A DNA stretch of 35,168 nucleotides from Aciduliprofundum sp. Its GTDB lineage: Archaea > Thermoplasmatota > Thermoplasmata > Thermoplasmatales > ARK-15. Positions 1 to 8,606 of this stretch are shown here, one piece after another; within the stretch, counting starts at the first letter, position 1, and each line of letters opens with the position of its first letter. Location: contig PNIT01000043.1 in assembly GCA_002878135.1 (NCBI GenBank), positions 1 to 35,168 on the forward strand, given 5' to 3'. Both the position numbers and the translations under genes were made by a program. Under the pieces are notes generated by a model. It had not been told where the DNA came from. It ran no database searches and worked only from the letters and a program-made list of their open reading frames with translations.

Positions 1-109
1 AAAGATTTTCTGTTGAGGGAAGTCCGTGTATCTCCTCCCTGAAGGTCGTAGTTTTACTGCTTCCCTCAAACTCCTAAAATTATTCTATAAGATCATATAT
101 TGAGTGAAT

Positions 110-850
110 ATGGACCTTGAAAAAATTGCAAATGAAATTAGGGGTGGCAGAAGGGTGGTCGCACTAACAGGGGCTGGTATATCATCAGCCGCAGGCATCC
201 CCACATTCAGGGGTAAGAATGGTCTATGGGAAAGGATTGATCCTGAAAAATTTTCACTCGGATTTTTCAAGGAAAAACCTGAGGAATGGTGGTCAATAGC
301 AAAGAATCTTTTCTCACCGTTCATCGTAGCACGGCCCACAAGGGCACATTATGCACTATCAGAACTTGAAAGACTGGGGCACCTGGAGGCGGTCATTACA
401 CAGAATATAGATGGTCTGCACCAGCTTGCTGGTAGCAGGAATGTAATTGAGCTTCATGGAAATGTTATGAAACTGAAGTGCATACTCTGCGGTATGGAGT
501 ATAATTTGAATGATTATATTGATGACCTAAATGATGATAGATTGCCCATATGCAAGAGGTGTGGAAGAGTACTTAAAACGGGAGCGGTACTCTTTGGTGA
601 AGAGATACCAAAAAGGGAATATCTTTTATCAATATATTATGCATCAGTAAGTGATGTAATGCTCGTAATAGGCACATCCCTTGAGGTGGAGCCTGCTGCC
701 ACTCTACCATCATACGCCCTAAGAAATGGTGCCAGGATAATATACATCAACAGGGATGTTTCAGGTGTGAAGGATAAAGGATTCATCATTGTTGAGGGTG
801 ATTCTGAGATAATCCTACCGGAGATAGTAAAAAATATTAGAGGAGATTAG
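110..850 (+). CDS. cobB: NAD-dependent protein deacylase, Sir2/CobB family sirtuin
   Basis: The ORF track starts at a GTG at 104; the first ATG is at 110. Motifs seen: GAGISSAAGIPTFRG, QNIDGLH, catalytic ELHGN, and two Cys pairs (CILCG, CKRCG) forming the sirtuin zinc ribbon. A TATA-like TTCTATAA lies at 83-90. Confidence 0.9.
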   Translation: MDLEKIANEIRGGRRVVALTGAGISSAAGIPTFRGKNGLWERIDPEKFSLGFFKEKPEEWWSIAKNLFSPFIVARPTRAHYALSELERLGHLEAVITQNIDGLHQLAGSRNVIELHGNVMKLKCILCGMEYNLNDYIDDLNDDRLPICKRCGRVLKTGAVLFGEEIPKREYLLSIYYASVSDVMLVIGTSLEVEPAATLPSYALRNGARIIYINRDVSGVKDKGFIIVEGDSEIILPEIVKNIRGD

Positions 851-861
851 ATCCTTTAAGT

Positions 862-1632
862 ATGAAGGACCTAAGGAAAAGTGTTGCTGTGGTGACCGGT
901 TCTGGTAGAGGTATAGGTAGGGAGATAGCAATTTCTCTTTCAAGGGAAGGTGCAAGGGTGGTGGTGAATGTTAAGAAGAGGCCTGAAGATGGAATGGAAA
1001 CTCTTGGAAGGGTAAAGGATAATTCCGATGGCATACTTGTGCAGGCAGATGTCTCAACAAGGGATGGATGTAAAAAATTGAAGGAATCTGCATTGAAAAT
1101 GTTCGGTGGAGTGGATATTCTTGTTAACAATGCAGGTACGAGCATAGCCATGCCATTCATTGATAGTGATGATGCACTGATAGAAAAAACAATAAAAACC
1201 AATCTTCTTGGACCATTATACTGCTCACAGGAATTCGCAGGCGCAATGGGTCCAGGTTCAATAATAATAAATGTATCTTCCCTGGCGGGAATAAGACCCA
1301 TGAAATATCTCTCAGTCTACGGCATCACAAAGTTTGGAATTATAGGCCTCACACAGTACATGGCACTGGAACTCTCTGAGAAGGGGATAAGGGTGAACGC
1401 AGTTGCACCCTCAGTTGTGAGGACAAGGATGGGTGAGAGTTTGCTTTCAATGATGAAACTTAATGATGAAGAATATGGAAGAAGATATACACTGACCGGT
1501 AAAATAATAGAGCCTGAAGAGGTGGCTGATGCTGTATTGTTCCTTATAAGAAATGAGAGCATAACAGGCCAGACCATAATCATTGATTCTGGACAGATGT
1601 TGATGGGTCCTTTCTCAGGTGAATTTATATGA
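862..1632 (+). CDS. Short-chain dehydrogenase/reductase (FabG-like SDR)
   Basis: 256 aa. It has the TGSGRGIG cofactor motif, NNAG, and the S...YxxxK catalytic pattern (SSLAG ... YGITK). Confidence 0.9.
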   Translation: MKDLRKSVAVVTGSGRGIGREIAISLSREGARVVVNVKKRPEDGMETLGRVKDNSDGILVQADVSTRDGCKKLKESALKMFGGVDILVNNAGTSIAMPFIDSDDALIEKTIKTNLLGPLYCSQEFAGAMGPGSIIINVSSLAGIRPMKYLSVYGITKFGIIGLTQYMALELSEKGIRVNAVAPSVVRTRMGESLLSMMKLNDEEYGRRYTLTGKIIEPEEVADAVLFLIRNESITGQTIIIDSGQMLMGPFSGEFI

Positions 1633-2528
1633 AAATTCCTGAGGATGTGCCTGTAAAGATAGGTGAATTTGAATCAGAAGAATCCGGAATTACAGCCATA
1701 TTTCCTGAAAGGGGAAACATAACCGGAATATCCCAGAGGGGCGGTGCCCCAGGTACAATGGGAACGGAGGTCCTCCATCCAATGCATAGGAAATATACAT
1801 CTGTAGATGCTGTAGTATTCGCAGGGAGGAGCATATTCGGCACAATAGCCGCAATGGGTGTCATCAAGGCCCTAAGGGAGGAGGGTAAGGGTTTAATAAT
1901 AAGAGGAAGAAATATACCTGTTGTTCCAGTGGCGGTCATTTTTGATTTTATTAATGATGATCATATACCTGATGAATCCTGGGGTATAAACGCATTCAAG
2001 AATAGGGGTAAATATTTCAGCATTGGGAGGCATGGAGCAGGTAAAGGTGCTACTGTTGGTAAGGTTCTTGGTATAGAGAATTCATCACCCTCAGGCCAGG
2101 GCATATCCTACCTTGAAAAATCTGGCCTGTATGTAATGGCAATATCCGTTGTAAATGCATTCGGTGATGTATACGATGAGCACGGAAAAATTTTGGCTGG
2201 TGCCAGGATTGGAAAAAAATTCATAGATACATCCAGGTACATAATTGAAAAAAATTTTGAAATTGGATATGAGAATACCACCCTTGGTATAATCATAACA
2301 AATGCTGCTCTGGACAGGGAGGATGCATGCTCAGTTGCAGAAGCTGCAAATAATTCACTTGCAGGTATAATAAGGCCTTTCAACACATCATACGATGGTG
2401 ATACATTCTTTACCATGGCATTCAATGAAAAGAATGATGACATTGAGAGGATAAAATTGATGGCACAGGAGGCCATTAGGGAATCAGTTTATTCTATTTT
2501 TAGGAACTCAGGATCAATGCGACAATAG
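1629..2528 (+). CDS. Peptidase family S58 / DmpA-like (P1) aminopeptidase, Ntn-hydrolase fold
   Basis: 299 aa. It has the RGGAPGT.GTE motif and a GYENTTLGIIITNA self-processing/nucleophile region. Its ATG overlaps the SDR stop as ATGA. Confidence 0.8.
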   Translation: MKIPEDVPVKIGEFESEESGITAIFPERGNITGISQRGGAPGTMGTEVLHPMHRKYTSVDAVVFAGRSIFGTIAAMGVIKALREEGKGLIIRGRNIPVVPVAVIFDFINDDHIPDESWGINAFKNRGKYFSIGRHGAGKGATVGKVLGIENSSPSGQGISYLEKSGLYVMAISVVNAFGDVYDEHGKILAGARIGKKFIDTSRYIIEKNFEIGYENTTLGIIITNAALDREDACSVAEAANNSLAGIIRPFNTSYDGDTFFTMAFNEKNDDIERIKLMAQEAIRESVYSIFRNSGSMRQ

Positions 2529-2531
2529 GAT

Positions 2532-2867
2532 CTATTCAGCTAAGCTTATCTTTATCTTTCCTTCCTCAAACCTGAATTCGTATACCCTGCCAACATCAAA
2601 ATTTATGCCAAGATCAATGTATTCATCATTATATATTATGAGGGTAAAACTGTACCTTTGCTGAATACCCTGCATCTGCTGGACCATGTTGAATATGGAG
2701 AGGAGGGTTTCATGGCTTAATCCTGCCATCTGTGCAAGATTCCTCAGCTCTGGGCTCAGGGCTATGCGGGATTCATTCTGCTGCTCAGTAACAATCTCAA
2801 ATACCAGGTGCCTTGCCTCTTTACCCATAACGTTTACCATTGATATTCCAACCAGCCTTGCCTTCAT
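2532..2867 (-). CDS. Hypothetical protein, 111 aa; no family recognised
   Basis: A clean ATG-initiated ORF with coding-like composition. It is divergent from the radical SAM gene across a 45-bp gap. I see no recognisable motifs. Confidence 0.5.
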   Translation of the reverse strand: MKARLVGISMVNVMGKEARHLVFEIVTEQQNESRIALSPELRNLAQMAGLSHETLLSIFNMVQQMQGIQQRYSFTLIIYNDEYIDLGINFDVGRVYEFRFEEGKIKISLAE

Positions 2868-2912
2868 CTTTGAACACTATGATATATCAATTTTGAATTA
2901 AATCTTTTCCCC

Positions 2913-4484
2913 ATGTTTGAAATATTCGCTTGCATTTATCCATATGTGTACGATCTCATACTGATACATCCACCCTCCGTGCTGAATTTCAGGGAAAAGA
3001 TGGATGAATTCGCACCTGTAAGTGAGATGGTACCCTCAACGCCCATCTTTGAGATGTTTCCCATTGGTTTTTTGAGCATGATGAGTAATCTATGCCCTTC
3101 CGGGTACAGGGTAAAGGTGGAGAATATTGCAGCAGAGATGCTTAGGAATAATGGATTCAACCTGGAAAGAAGAATTGAATCCCTGGAAACCTCGGTCTTT
3201 GGCATAGACCTTCACTGGCTTCCCCATGTCCATGGTGCCATCTCAATCGCCAAGATTTTAAAAAAGATTAGACCAGATGTTCAAGTTTTAATGGGGGGTA
3301 TTTCCGCCACATACTACAGGAATGAGATAATGGAAAAATTACCCTTCGTGGATGCTGTCATGTTGGGTGATACCACTGAGCCTTTCATCTCAAGGTATAT
3401 AGATGCAGTGCAGGGTAAAGGTAAGATGGAGGATATACCAAACCTCATATGGAGGGAAAATGGAAGGATCAGGTATAACAGGGTGATTCCACCGGAGTAT
3501 TACATAGATTCTGTAAAACTTGATTACGGTATTTTCTTGAGGAATTGTATAAAGGAGATGGAGATCCTTCCAAACATTCCATACAATGACTGGATAAAAT
3601 CACCAGCGGCCATGACATTCATACAGAAGGGCTGTCACAACAACTGCCTTATGTGCGGTGGATCAAATTTTTCCTATAAAAATTTTCTAGGTAGAAGATG
3701 CGTTTCACTTAGACCTGTTAAAAATGTTATAGATGACCTTTTATCCATACAGGAAAACCTGGGTGTACCAGTATACATCTCTGGTGACATATATCAGGCA
3801 GGCCCGAAATACAGGAAGGAGCTGCTGAGAGGCATAAAGGAGAATGGAATAGATCTTCCCTTTCTACTTGAGATATTTTACCCAGCACCACTTGAATTCT
3901 ATTACGATCTGTCAAAAAACCTGGATTTTTATGCAATAGAGATTTCACCTGAATCCTCAAGCGAGGATGTAAGGATAGCAAACAATAAATTTTTTACAAA
4001 TTTTGCCCTTGAAAAGAATATGTATTATGCTAAAAAGCACGGTGCAAGGAAGATGGATATATTCTTTTCAATTGGACTTTCAAGGCAGGAAAAATCAAAC
4101 ATCCATGATGATTATACCTTTGCAAGAAAATACCAGGATATCTATGGTCCATGGATACATTTCTTCATTTCTCCAATTGTTCCATTCGTCGACCCAGGAT
4201 CCCTGGCATTCGAGATGCATGAAAAATATGGCTATAGGATATTTGCAAGAACACTGATGGATCATTATTATCTGCTGGAAAATTCCAGGCACTGGACAGA
4301 ATCACTCAATTATGAAACAATATGGTTGAGTAGGAGGGAGATTGGAGAAATTAGCAATGAAATGTCCTCACTATTCTCCACACTAAGGGAGGATTATGGA
4401 AAAGATGATCTCTACTGGGTAAAGGACTTTAAAATTAAATTCCCACTCAACATATTCCTCAGGATATACTCAAAATTTACTTGA
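2913..4484 (+). CDS. Radical SAM enzyme with an N-terminal cobalamin-binding-type domain (class B-like); possible archaeal lipid-modifying (Tes/Grs-type) enzyme
   Basis: 523 aa. It has an N-terminal Rossmann-like B12-binding-type domain (LIHPP ... GIDLHW ... LMGG) and the CxxxCxxC cluster motif GCHNNCLMCGG. Confidence 0.85.
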   Translation: MFEIFACIYPYVYDLILIHPPSVLNFREKMDEFAPVSEMVPSTPIFEMFPIGFLSMMSNLCPSGYRVKVENIAAEMLRNNGFNLERRIESLETSVFGIDLHWLPHVHGAISIAKILKKIRPDVQVLMGGISATYYRNEIMEKLPFVDAVMLGDTTEPFISRYIDAVQGKGKMEDIPNLIWRENGRIRYNRVIPPEYYIDSVKLDYGIFLRNCIKEMEILPNIPYNDWIKSPAAMTFIQKGCHNNCLMCGGSNFSYKNFLGRRCVSLRPVKNVIDDLLSIQENLGVPVYISGDIYQAGPKYRKELLRGIKENGIDLPFLLEIFYPAPLEFYYDLSKNLDFYAIEISPESSSEDVRIANNKFFTNFALEKNMYYAKKHGARKMDIFFSIGLSRQEKSNIHDDYTFARKYQDIYGPWIHFFISPIVPFVDPGSLAFEMHEKYGYRIFARTLMDHYYLLENSRHWTESLNYETIWLSRREIGEISNEMSSLFSTLREDYGKDDLYWVKDFKIKFPLNIFLRIYSKFT

Positions 4485-4739
4485 TCAGCCATACCTCAAT
4501 TTTCCCGCAAGAATGAGGAGTGTCAGGGCAAGTGAAACACCGTTTGCCCCTATGATGGGAAGTGAGTTTATCTCAATGCCATAAAGCAACCAGAGGAATA
4601 TTCCTGTGGATATTATAATGTACATGATCAGGGAGACCTCCTTTGCTGACTTGTTCCTGTGTATCTTCAATAGCTGGGGGAGAAATGATGATGTGGTGAG
4701 TATGCCTGCTATGAATCCTATAAGTTCTATTAAATCCAT
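4485..4739 (-). CDS. SemiSWEET / PQ-loop (MtN3-like) 3-TM transporter
   Basis: 84 aa with three predicted TM helices and the TM1 signature TTSSFLPQLLKIHRNKSAKEVSL (PQ motif). Confidence 0.75.
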   Translation of the reverse strand: MDLIELIGFIAGILTTSSFLPQLLKIHRNKSAKEVSLIMYIIISTGIFLWLLYGIEINSLPIIGANGVSLALTLLILAGKLRYG

Positions 4740-4766
4740 GGGGCAGGGAAATATTGTTTGATTTAA

Positions 4767-5993
4767 TTATGTTTTTGTTTCAGGTAGCAGGAGTATGGCT
4801 ATGAAACTTGATATGAGGCCAGCAATTGCAAGGAAGAGCATGCTGAACTGAAGCCCATGAAAATAGACTGAAAATAAGACCACCATGCTTGCTGAGAGTG
4901 CACCTCCAATACCCCTTCCGGCCATATAGGATATGTTTGAAGCTGTTGACTTTATCTTAAGTGTGAATATCTCTGAGAACCATATACCAAAAACCCCTAT
5001 GTAAAGGCTAACTGCCTGATAGAAGAGGTAACCATCCATTACGGGCCAGGTCCAGATATTTTCATGGGAAGTTCCCGCACCGAGCATAAGCCATAACCAT
5101 ACCATTAATGATACAAATGTAAGTGAGGCAAAGAGTATTGATGTCCTTTTCCTGCCAATGATGTCAGAAACATAACCCACAAGGAATATGATTGGCACCT
5201 GTATTATGGAACCCACCATCAGTGGCAGGGAAAATTCACCCGGTGAAACAGAATATACCGTTACAAGGATCTTTGGCCACCAGGTGATTATTGCATAGGC
5301 CATGAAGAAAAAGCCTGATGTGAGGAGGAGTGCTGATAGAAGATATCTCAATGTTTCAAATTTTAGGAATATCTTCAGCCTTTCCATCCTAATCCTTACC
5401 CTTGATGATTCCAGCCAGGCCTTACTCTCCGGTATATAGTATCTTATGAGTGCAACGAGGACTGCGGGTATTCCACCGGTGATGTATACATACCTCCATC
5501 CTTCCGATGGATACAGTATGAGAAAAATTGTTGAGACGTAAACGGCAAGCACCATGCCCACGGAGAATGCCGACTGAAGAATGCCACCTGCAAGCCCCCT
5601 GTTCTTCCCCCACGCCTCGCTGAGCAATGAGAATCCTATGCCCCATTCACCTCCAATACCAAAGCCAGCAACAGCCCTTGTGATTGCAAATTGCTTTATA
5701 TCCTGTGTAAACGCCGAAAGGAATGTTGCTATGCCATAAGTTGCAATTGTAAGCATAAGACCCCTCTTCCTTCCATATCTGTCGCTCACCCAGCCAAAGG
5801 TGATTGCACCCACAAGCGTGGAGAAGAGTGTGATGGAGGCTATTATTCCCATTGTGATATCCGATGATAGGAAAGACTTCTCAATGGGCACAATGGTGAA
5901 TGAATATATCAGGAGATCATAGCCGTCGAAAAGGAATCCAAGGAAGGCGAGTATCAGTATCCAGTATCTTTCCCTTGGGGTATATTCATGCAT
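4767..5993 (-). CDS. Major facilitator superfamily transporter
   Basis: 408 aa with about 12 TM segments and MFS motif A, GWVSDRYGRKRG, between TM2 and TM3. Confidence 0.9.
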   Translation of the reverse strand: MHEYTPRERYWILILAFLGFLFDGYDLLIYSFTIVPIEKSFLSSDITMGIIASITLFSTLVGAITFGWVSDRYGRKRGLMLTIATYGIATFLSAFTQDIKQFAITRAVAGFGIGGEWGIGFSLLSEAWGKNRGLAGGILQSAFSVGMVLAVYVSTIFLILYPSEGWRYVYITGGIPAVLVALIRYYIPESKAWLESSRVRIRMERLKIFLKFETLRYLLSALLLTSGFFFMAYAIITWWPKILVTVYSVSPGEFSLPLMVGSIIQVPIIFLVGYVSDIIGRKRTSILFASLTFVSLMVWLWLMLGAGTSHENIWTWPVMDGYLFYQAVSLYIGVFGIWFSEIFTLKIKSTASNISYMAGRGIGGALSASMVVLFSVYFHGLQFSMLFLAIAGLISSFIAILLLPETKT

Positions 5994-6028
5994 GCTTCAA
6001 GGGATAACGATCCTATGAAAAAAATTAT

Positions 6029-6046
6029 ATGTTAACATGTTAACAT
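6029..6046. promoter_or_regulatory. Perfect 18-bp palindrome ATGTTAACATGTTAACAT in the MFS promoter / cdc6 3' gap
   Basis: Read directly from the sequence. It is self-complementary over all 18 nt and can also be read as ATGTTAAC x2. It sits 36-53 bp upstream of the MFS ATG (5993) and abuts a TATA-like ATATAATTTTT on the minus strand. Confidence 0.4.
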
Positions 6047-6056
6047 TTATCAATTT

Positions 6057-7280
6057 TCAAGTGAGCCTCAACTGCTTCATTGTGGGTGTATTTTTCAATC
6101 TGGAGAAATTTTCATCCTCAAATATCACCTTCTTTGCATCGTTGAAGGACACATTTATCTCTATCATCTTTGTCCTTCCATACCTGCCAAGAGATGTGAC
6201 GTGCGCCGTAATGAGACCAAGTGAATCAAGATCAGAGAGCATGTCAGAGATTCTCCTGGGTGTTAGCACTGGAAGATTTGCACCATTTGCAACATTCCTG
6301 TAGGCCTCAAAAACTTCACCAGTTGTATACTGCACATTACCTGATTCCCTCAGGAGAATTATTCCCAGAAGAAGTGCCTTTGCCTGTACAGGCAATGTCC
6401 TTATTGTTTCCATCACAGCATCATACTCCATCCTTGTTTTTGCTGAAAAAACATGAGCCTCCTCTACCCTGTTGTCACCTGATGAAAATGCGATCTGTAT
6501 GGATGTCCTGAGCATCTCTATTGCCTTCCTTGCATCACCATTCTCCTGTGAGGCAAGTGAGGATATTAATCTCAATGCGCCCTCGGATACAAATCCACCT
6601 ATTCCAGCAATATTTACCCTGTCCATCAGGATATCGTATATCTGGTCTGAGGAATATGGTGGAAAAACTATCTTTTCCTCATTCAACCTGCTCTTCACCC
6701 TTGAATCAAGGTACTCTGAAAACTTAAGGTCATTTGTTATTCCAACTATGGTAATCCTTGATTTCTCCAGCTCTGAATCAAGAAGCAGTATCTGATACAG
6801 GAAATCATCACCATTCTTCTTGACAAACCTATCTATCTCATCAAGGACCAATATGACATTACCTCCCCACTGGTCAAGGTTCTTCCTTGTTGTAGCGTAG
6901 AGCCTGTCAAAGGACCAACCTGTGAAGGGTATCCTTTCACCATTAAAGGCATTTCCAAGGGTCTCAAATATCGAATAAGAATTATCCTTCACCTGGCAAT
7001 TGATGAAAACTGTCTTAACATTCACCCTCTCCCTTGATGCCTCCTCAAGCTCCCTACCTATGTATTTCATGGCCGCTGTTTTCCCTGTCCCAGATTTCCC
7101 AAACACAAGGATGTTCTTTGGTCTTCCACCAAGCAATATCCTCCCGAGATTTTCAGCGATCACACCAATCTCCTTTTCCCTGTGTGGCATTTTGTGCGGT
7201 ATGAAGGATGGTTCGAACACCCCATAATCAATATTTTTCGGGAATGTGCCCTCCAGATATTTCTTAAATATGTTATCCAT
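6057..7280 (-). CDS. cdc6: Orc1/Cdc6 replication initiator (AAA+ with C-terminal winged helix)
   Basis: It has Walker A GKSGTGKTAA and Walker B ILVLDEID, plus a C-terminal wH region. The ORF track begins at a TTG at 7295; the first ATG, at 7280, gives MDNIFKKYLEG. Confidence 0.9.
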   Translation of the reverse strand: MDNIFKKYLEGTFPKNIDYGVFEPSFIPHKMPHREKEIGVIAENLGRILLGGRPKNILVFGKSGTGKTAAMKYIGRELEEASRERVNVKTVFINCQVKDNSYSIFETLGNAFNGERIPFTGWSFDRLYATTRKNLDQWGGNVILVLDEIDRFVKKNGDDFLYQILLLDSELEKSRITIVGITNDLKFSEYLDSRVKSRLNEEKIVFPPYSSDQIYDILMDRVNIAGIGGFVSEGALRLISSLASQENGDARKAIEMLRTSIQIAFSSGDNRVEEAHVFSAKTRMEYDAVMETIRTLPVQAKALLLGIILLRESGNVQYTTGEVFEAYRNVANGANLPVLTPRRISDMLSDLDSLGLITAHVTSLGRYGRTKMIEINVSFNDAKKVIFEDENFSRLKNTPTMKQLRLT

Positions 7281-7379
7281 TCCTGGTCCCTGCAAACCCC
7301 TTTATAGTCAACGTATTAAAAAAAGATTTCTTTAACAGATTTTTTATCAAAAAGTTTATTTCAAAGGCAGGAATGAATT

Positions 7380-8606
7380 TTAATCATTTCCTTTAATATA
7401 TTTGATGAATCTCTCAATCTGTCCTGAGAATCTTGAATTTATTTTAAATTTAATATATATATTTCCATCCACCTTGAATTGAATAATATCACCATATTCA
7501 TAAATGAATGATAGTAAACCCATATAATCCCTGTCTCCGCTTAATGTAATGGAATACTCTGCATTATAATCAAGCATATCAGCGATCCTTTCCAGAAGTA
7601 TATCCAGATTTTCACCAGTCTTTGCGGAGATTAGAATTGGTTCTGATAATGCCTCCTTGACCATTGATACCTTTTCTTCAATATCATCAATATGGGAATC
7701 TATCTTGTTTATAACGGGAAGTATCTTCCATTTTTCAACTCCCTTTAGGATGTCCATATCTGTGTCAAGCTTCTCCCTGAACGTATCCATTTCATCTGTG
7801 CCATCCAGGAGAAGTATTATTATGTCTGCCCTGAATATCTCCTCCAGGGTAGCATTGAATGCCTCTATCACTGATGGGGGTAGATTTCTTATGAAACCTA
7901 CAGTATCTGTTATCAGTATCCTCTTTTTTATGCCTGCTATCCTCGATGTTTTTGAAACAAGTGTTGAGAACATCCTGTTTTCAACGATCACCTGCTCACC
8001 TGAAAGTGATTTCATAAGCTGGCTCTTTCCACTGTTCGTATAACCCGCAATTGCCACTGTGAAATAACCCCTCCTGCTCCTCTTTTTCCTTCTCTCCTCC
8101 CTTTCCTTCCTCACCTTTTCCAGCTCCTCCCTTATCTTTTTTATCCTTCTTTCAACCAGTAGGTAATACTGATCCACATCGTATTCACCCCCTGCCATGA
8201 AACCAGGATGCTCACCCTTTCTCGCCCTATGAATCCATTCTTTCAGTACAGGTATCTGATATCTGAGTTTAGCAAGTTCCACCTGCAACCTTGCCTCCTT
8301 AGTCCTTGCCCTGTCTGCAAATATCTCTATTATGAGATTTACCCTGTCCAGAACCTCTATACCAAGCTCCTTCTCAAGGTTATACCACTGGCTGGATTTC
8401 AGCTTACCATTAATTAGTATCTTATCCACAGTGTTATTCTTCAGGAATTCCTTTATCTCCTCAATCTTACCCTTACCAACAAAAAATTCATTGGAATAGT
8501 GCCTGAATGTAAATATACCCAGAACATCAAAGTCAAGGGATCCGGCCAGATCAAGAAACTCCCTGTCTTCCTGGGGCGTTACAATGATTACCTTTTTTCC
8601 AGCCAT
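7380..8606 (-). CDS. hflX: GTPase HflX
   Basis: 408 aa. It has an HflX N-terminal domain and coiled-coil linker, then G1 GYTNSGKS, G3 DTVGF and G4 NKID. Confidence 0.9.
   Translation of the reverse strand: MAGKKVIIVTPQEDREFLDLAGSLDFDVLGIFTFRHYSNEFFVGKGKIEEIKEFLKNNTVDKILINGKLKSSQWYNLEKELGIEVLDRVNLIIEIFADRARTKEARLQVELAKLRYQIPVLKEWIHRARKGEHPGFMAGGEYDVDQYYLLVERRIKKIREELEKVRKEREERRKKRSRRGYFTVAIAGYTNSGKSQLMKSLSGEQVIVENRMFSTLVSKTSRIAGIKKRILITDTVGFIRNLPPSVIEAFNATLEEIFRADIIILLLDGTDEMDTFREKLDTDMDILKGVEKWKILPVINKIDSHIDDIEEKVSMVKEALSEPILISAKTGENLDILLERIADMLDYNAEYSITLSGDRDYMGLLSFIYEYGDIIQFKVDGNIYIKFKINSRFSGQIERFIKYIKGND

Noticed and set aside
15-26. GAGGGAAGTCCG resembles the RNase P RNA CR-I motif (GAGGAAAGUCC).
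   Set aside because: A full RNase P RNA on this strand would have to run about 250 nt into the well-supported sirtuin CDS. The other conserved regions are absent, and an ACAGAA-like match is on the opposite strand. I treat it as coincidence.
104-850. The Sir2-domain protein as a possible NADase effector of an anti-phage system (Thoeris, DSR or SIR2-HerA type).
   Set aside because: It is a short canonical sirtuin with an intact Rossmann motif, catalytic His and four-Cys zinc ribbon. It has no fused sensor domain. Its neighbours are metabolic (SDR, S58 peptidase) and not defence partners.
1450-1495. Two ATGATGA boxes and a CTGA inside the SDR gene, as a possible C/D sRNA.
   Set aside because: The spacing is wrong: 6 nt between the boxes and 22 nt to the CTGA. 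There is no D' or terminal stem, and the boxes simply encode NDE/MMK codons.
7281-7379. A replication origin (ORB repeats or a DUE) next to orc1/cdc6.
   Set aside because: The flanking gaps are only 99 bp and 63 bp. I could find no repeated ORB or mini-ORB-like element (for example a GGAAAC-type dyad repeated on both sides) in them. The space is accounted for by a promoter and the hflX 3' end. An origin may lie elsewhere.
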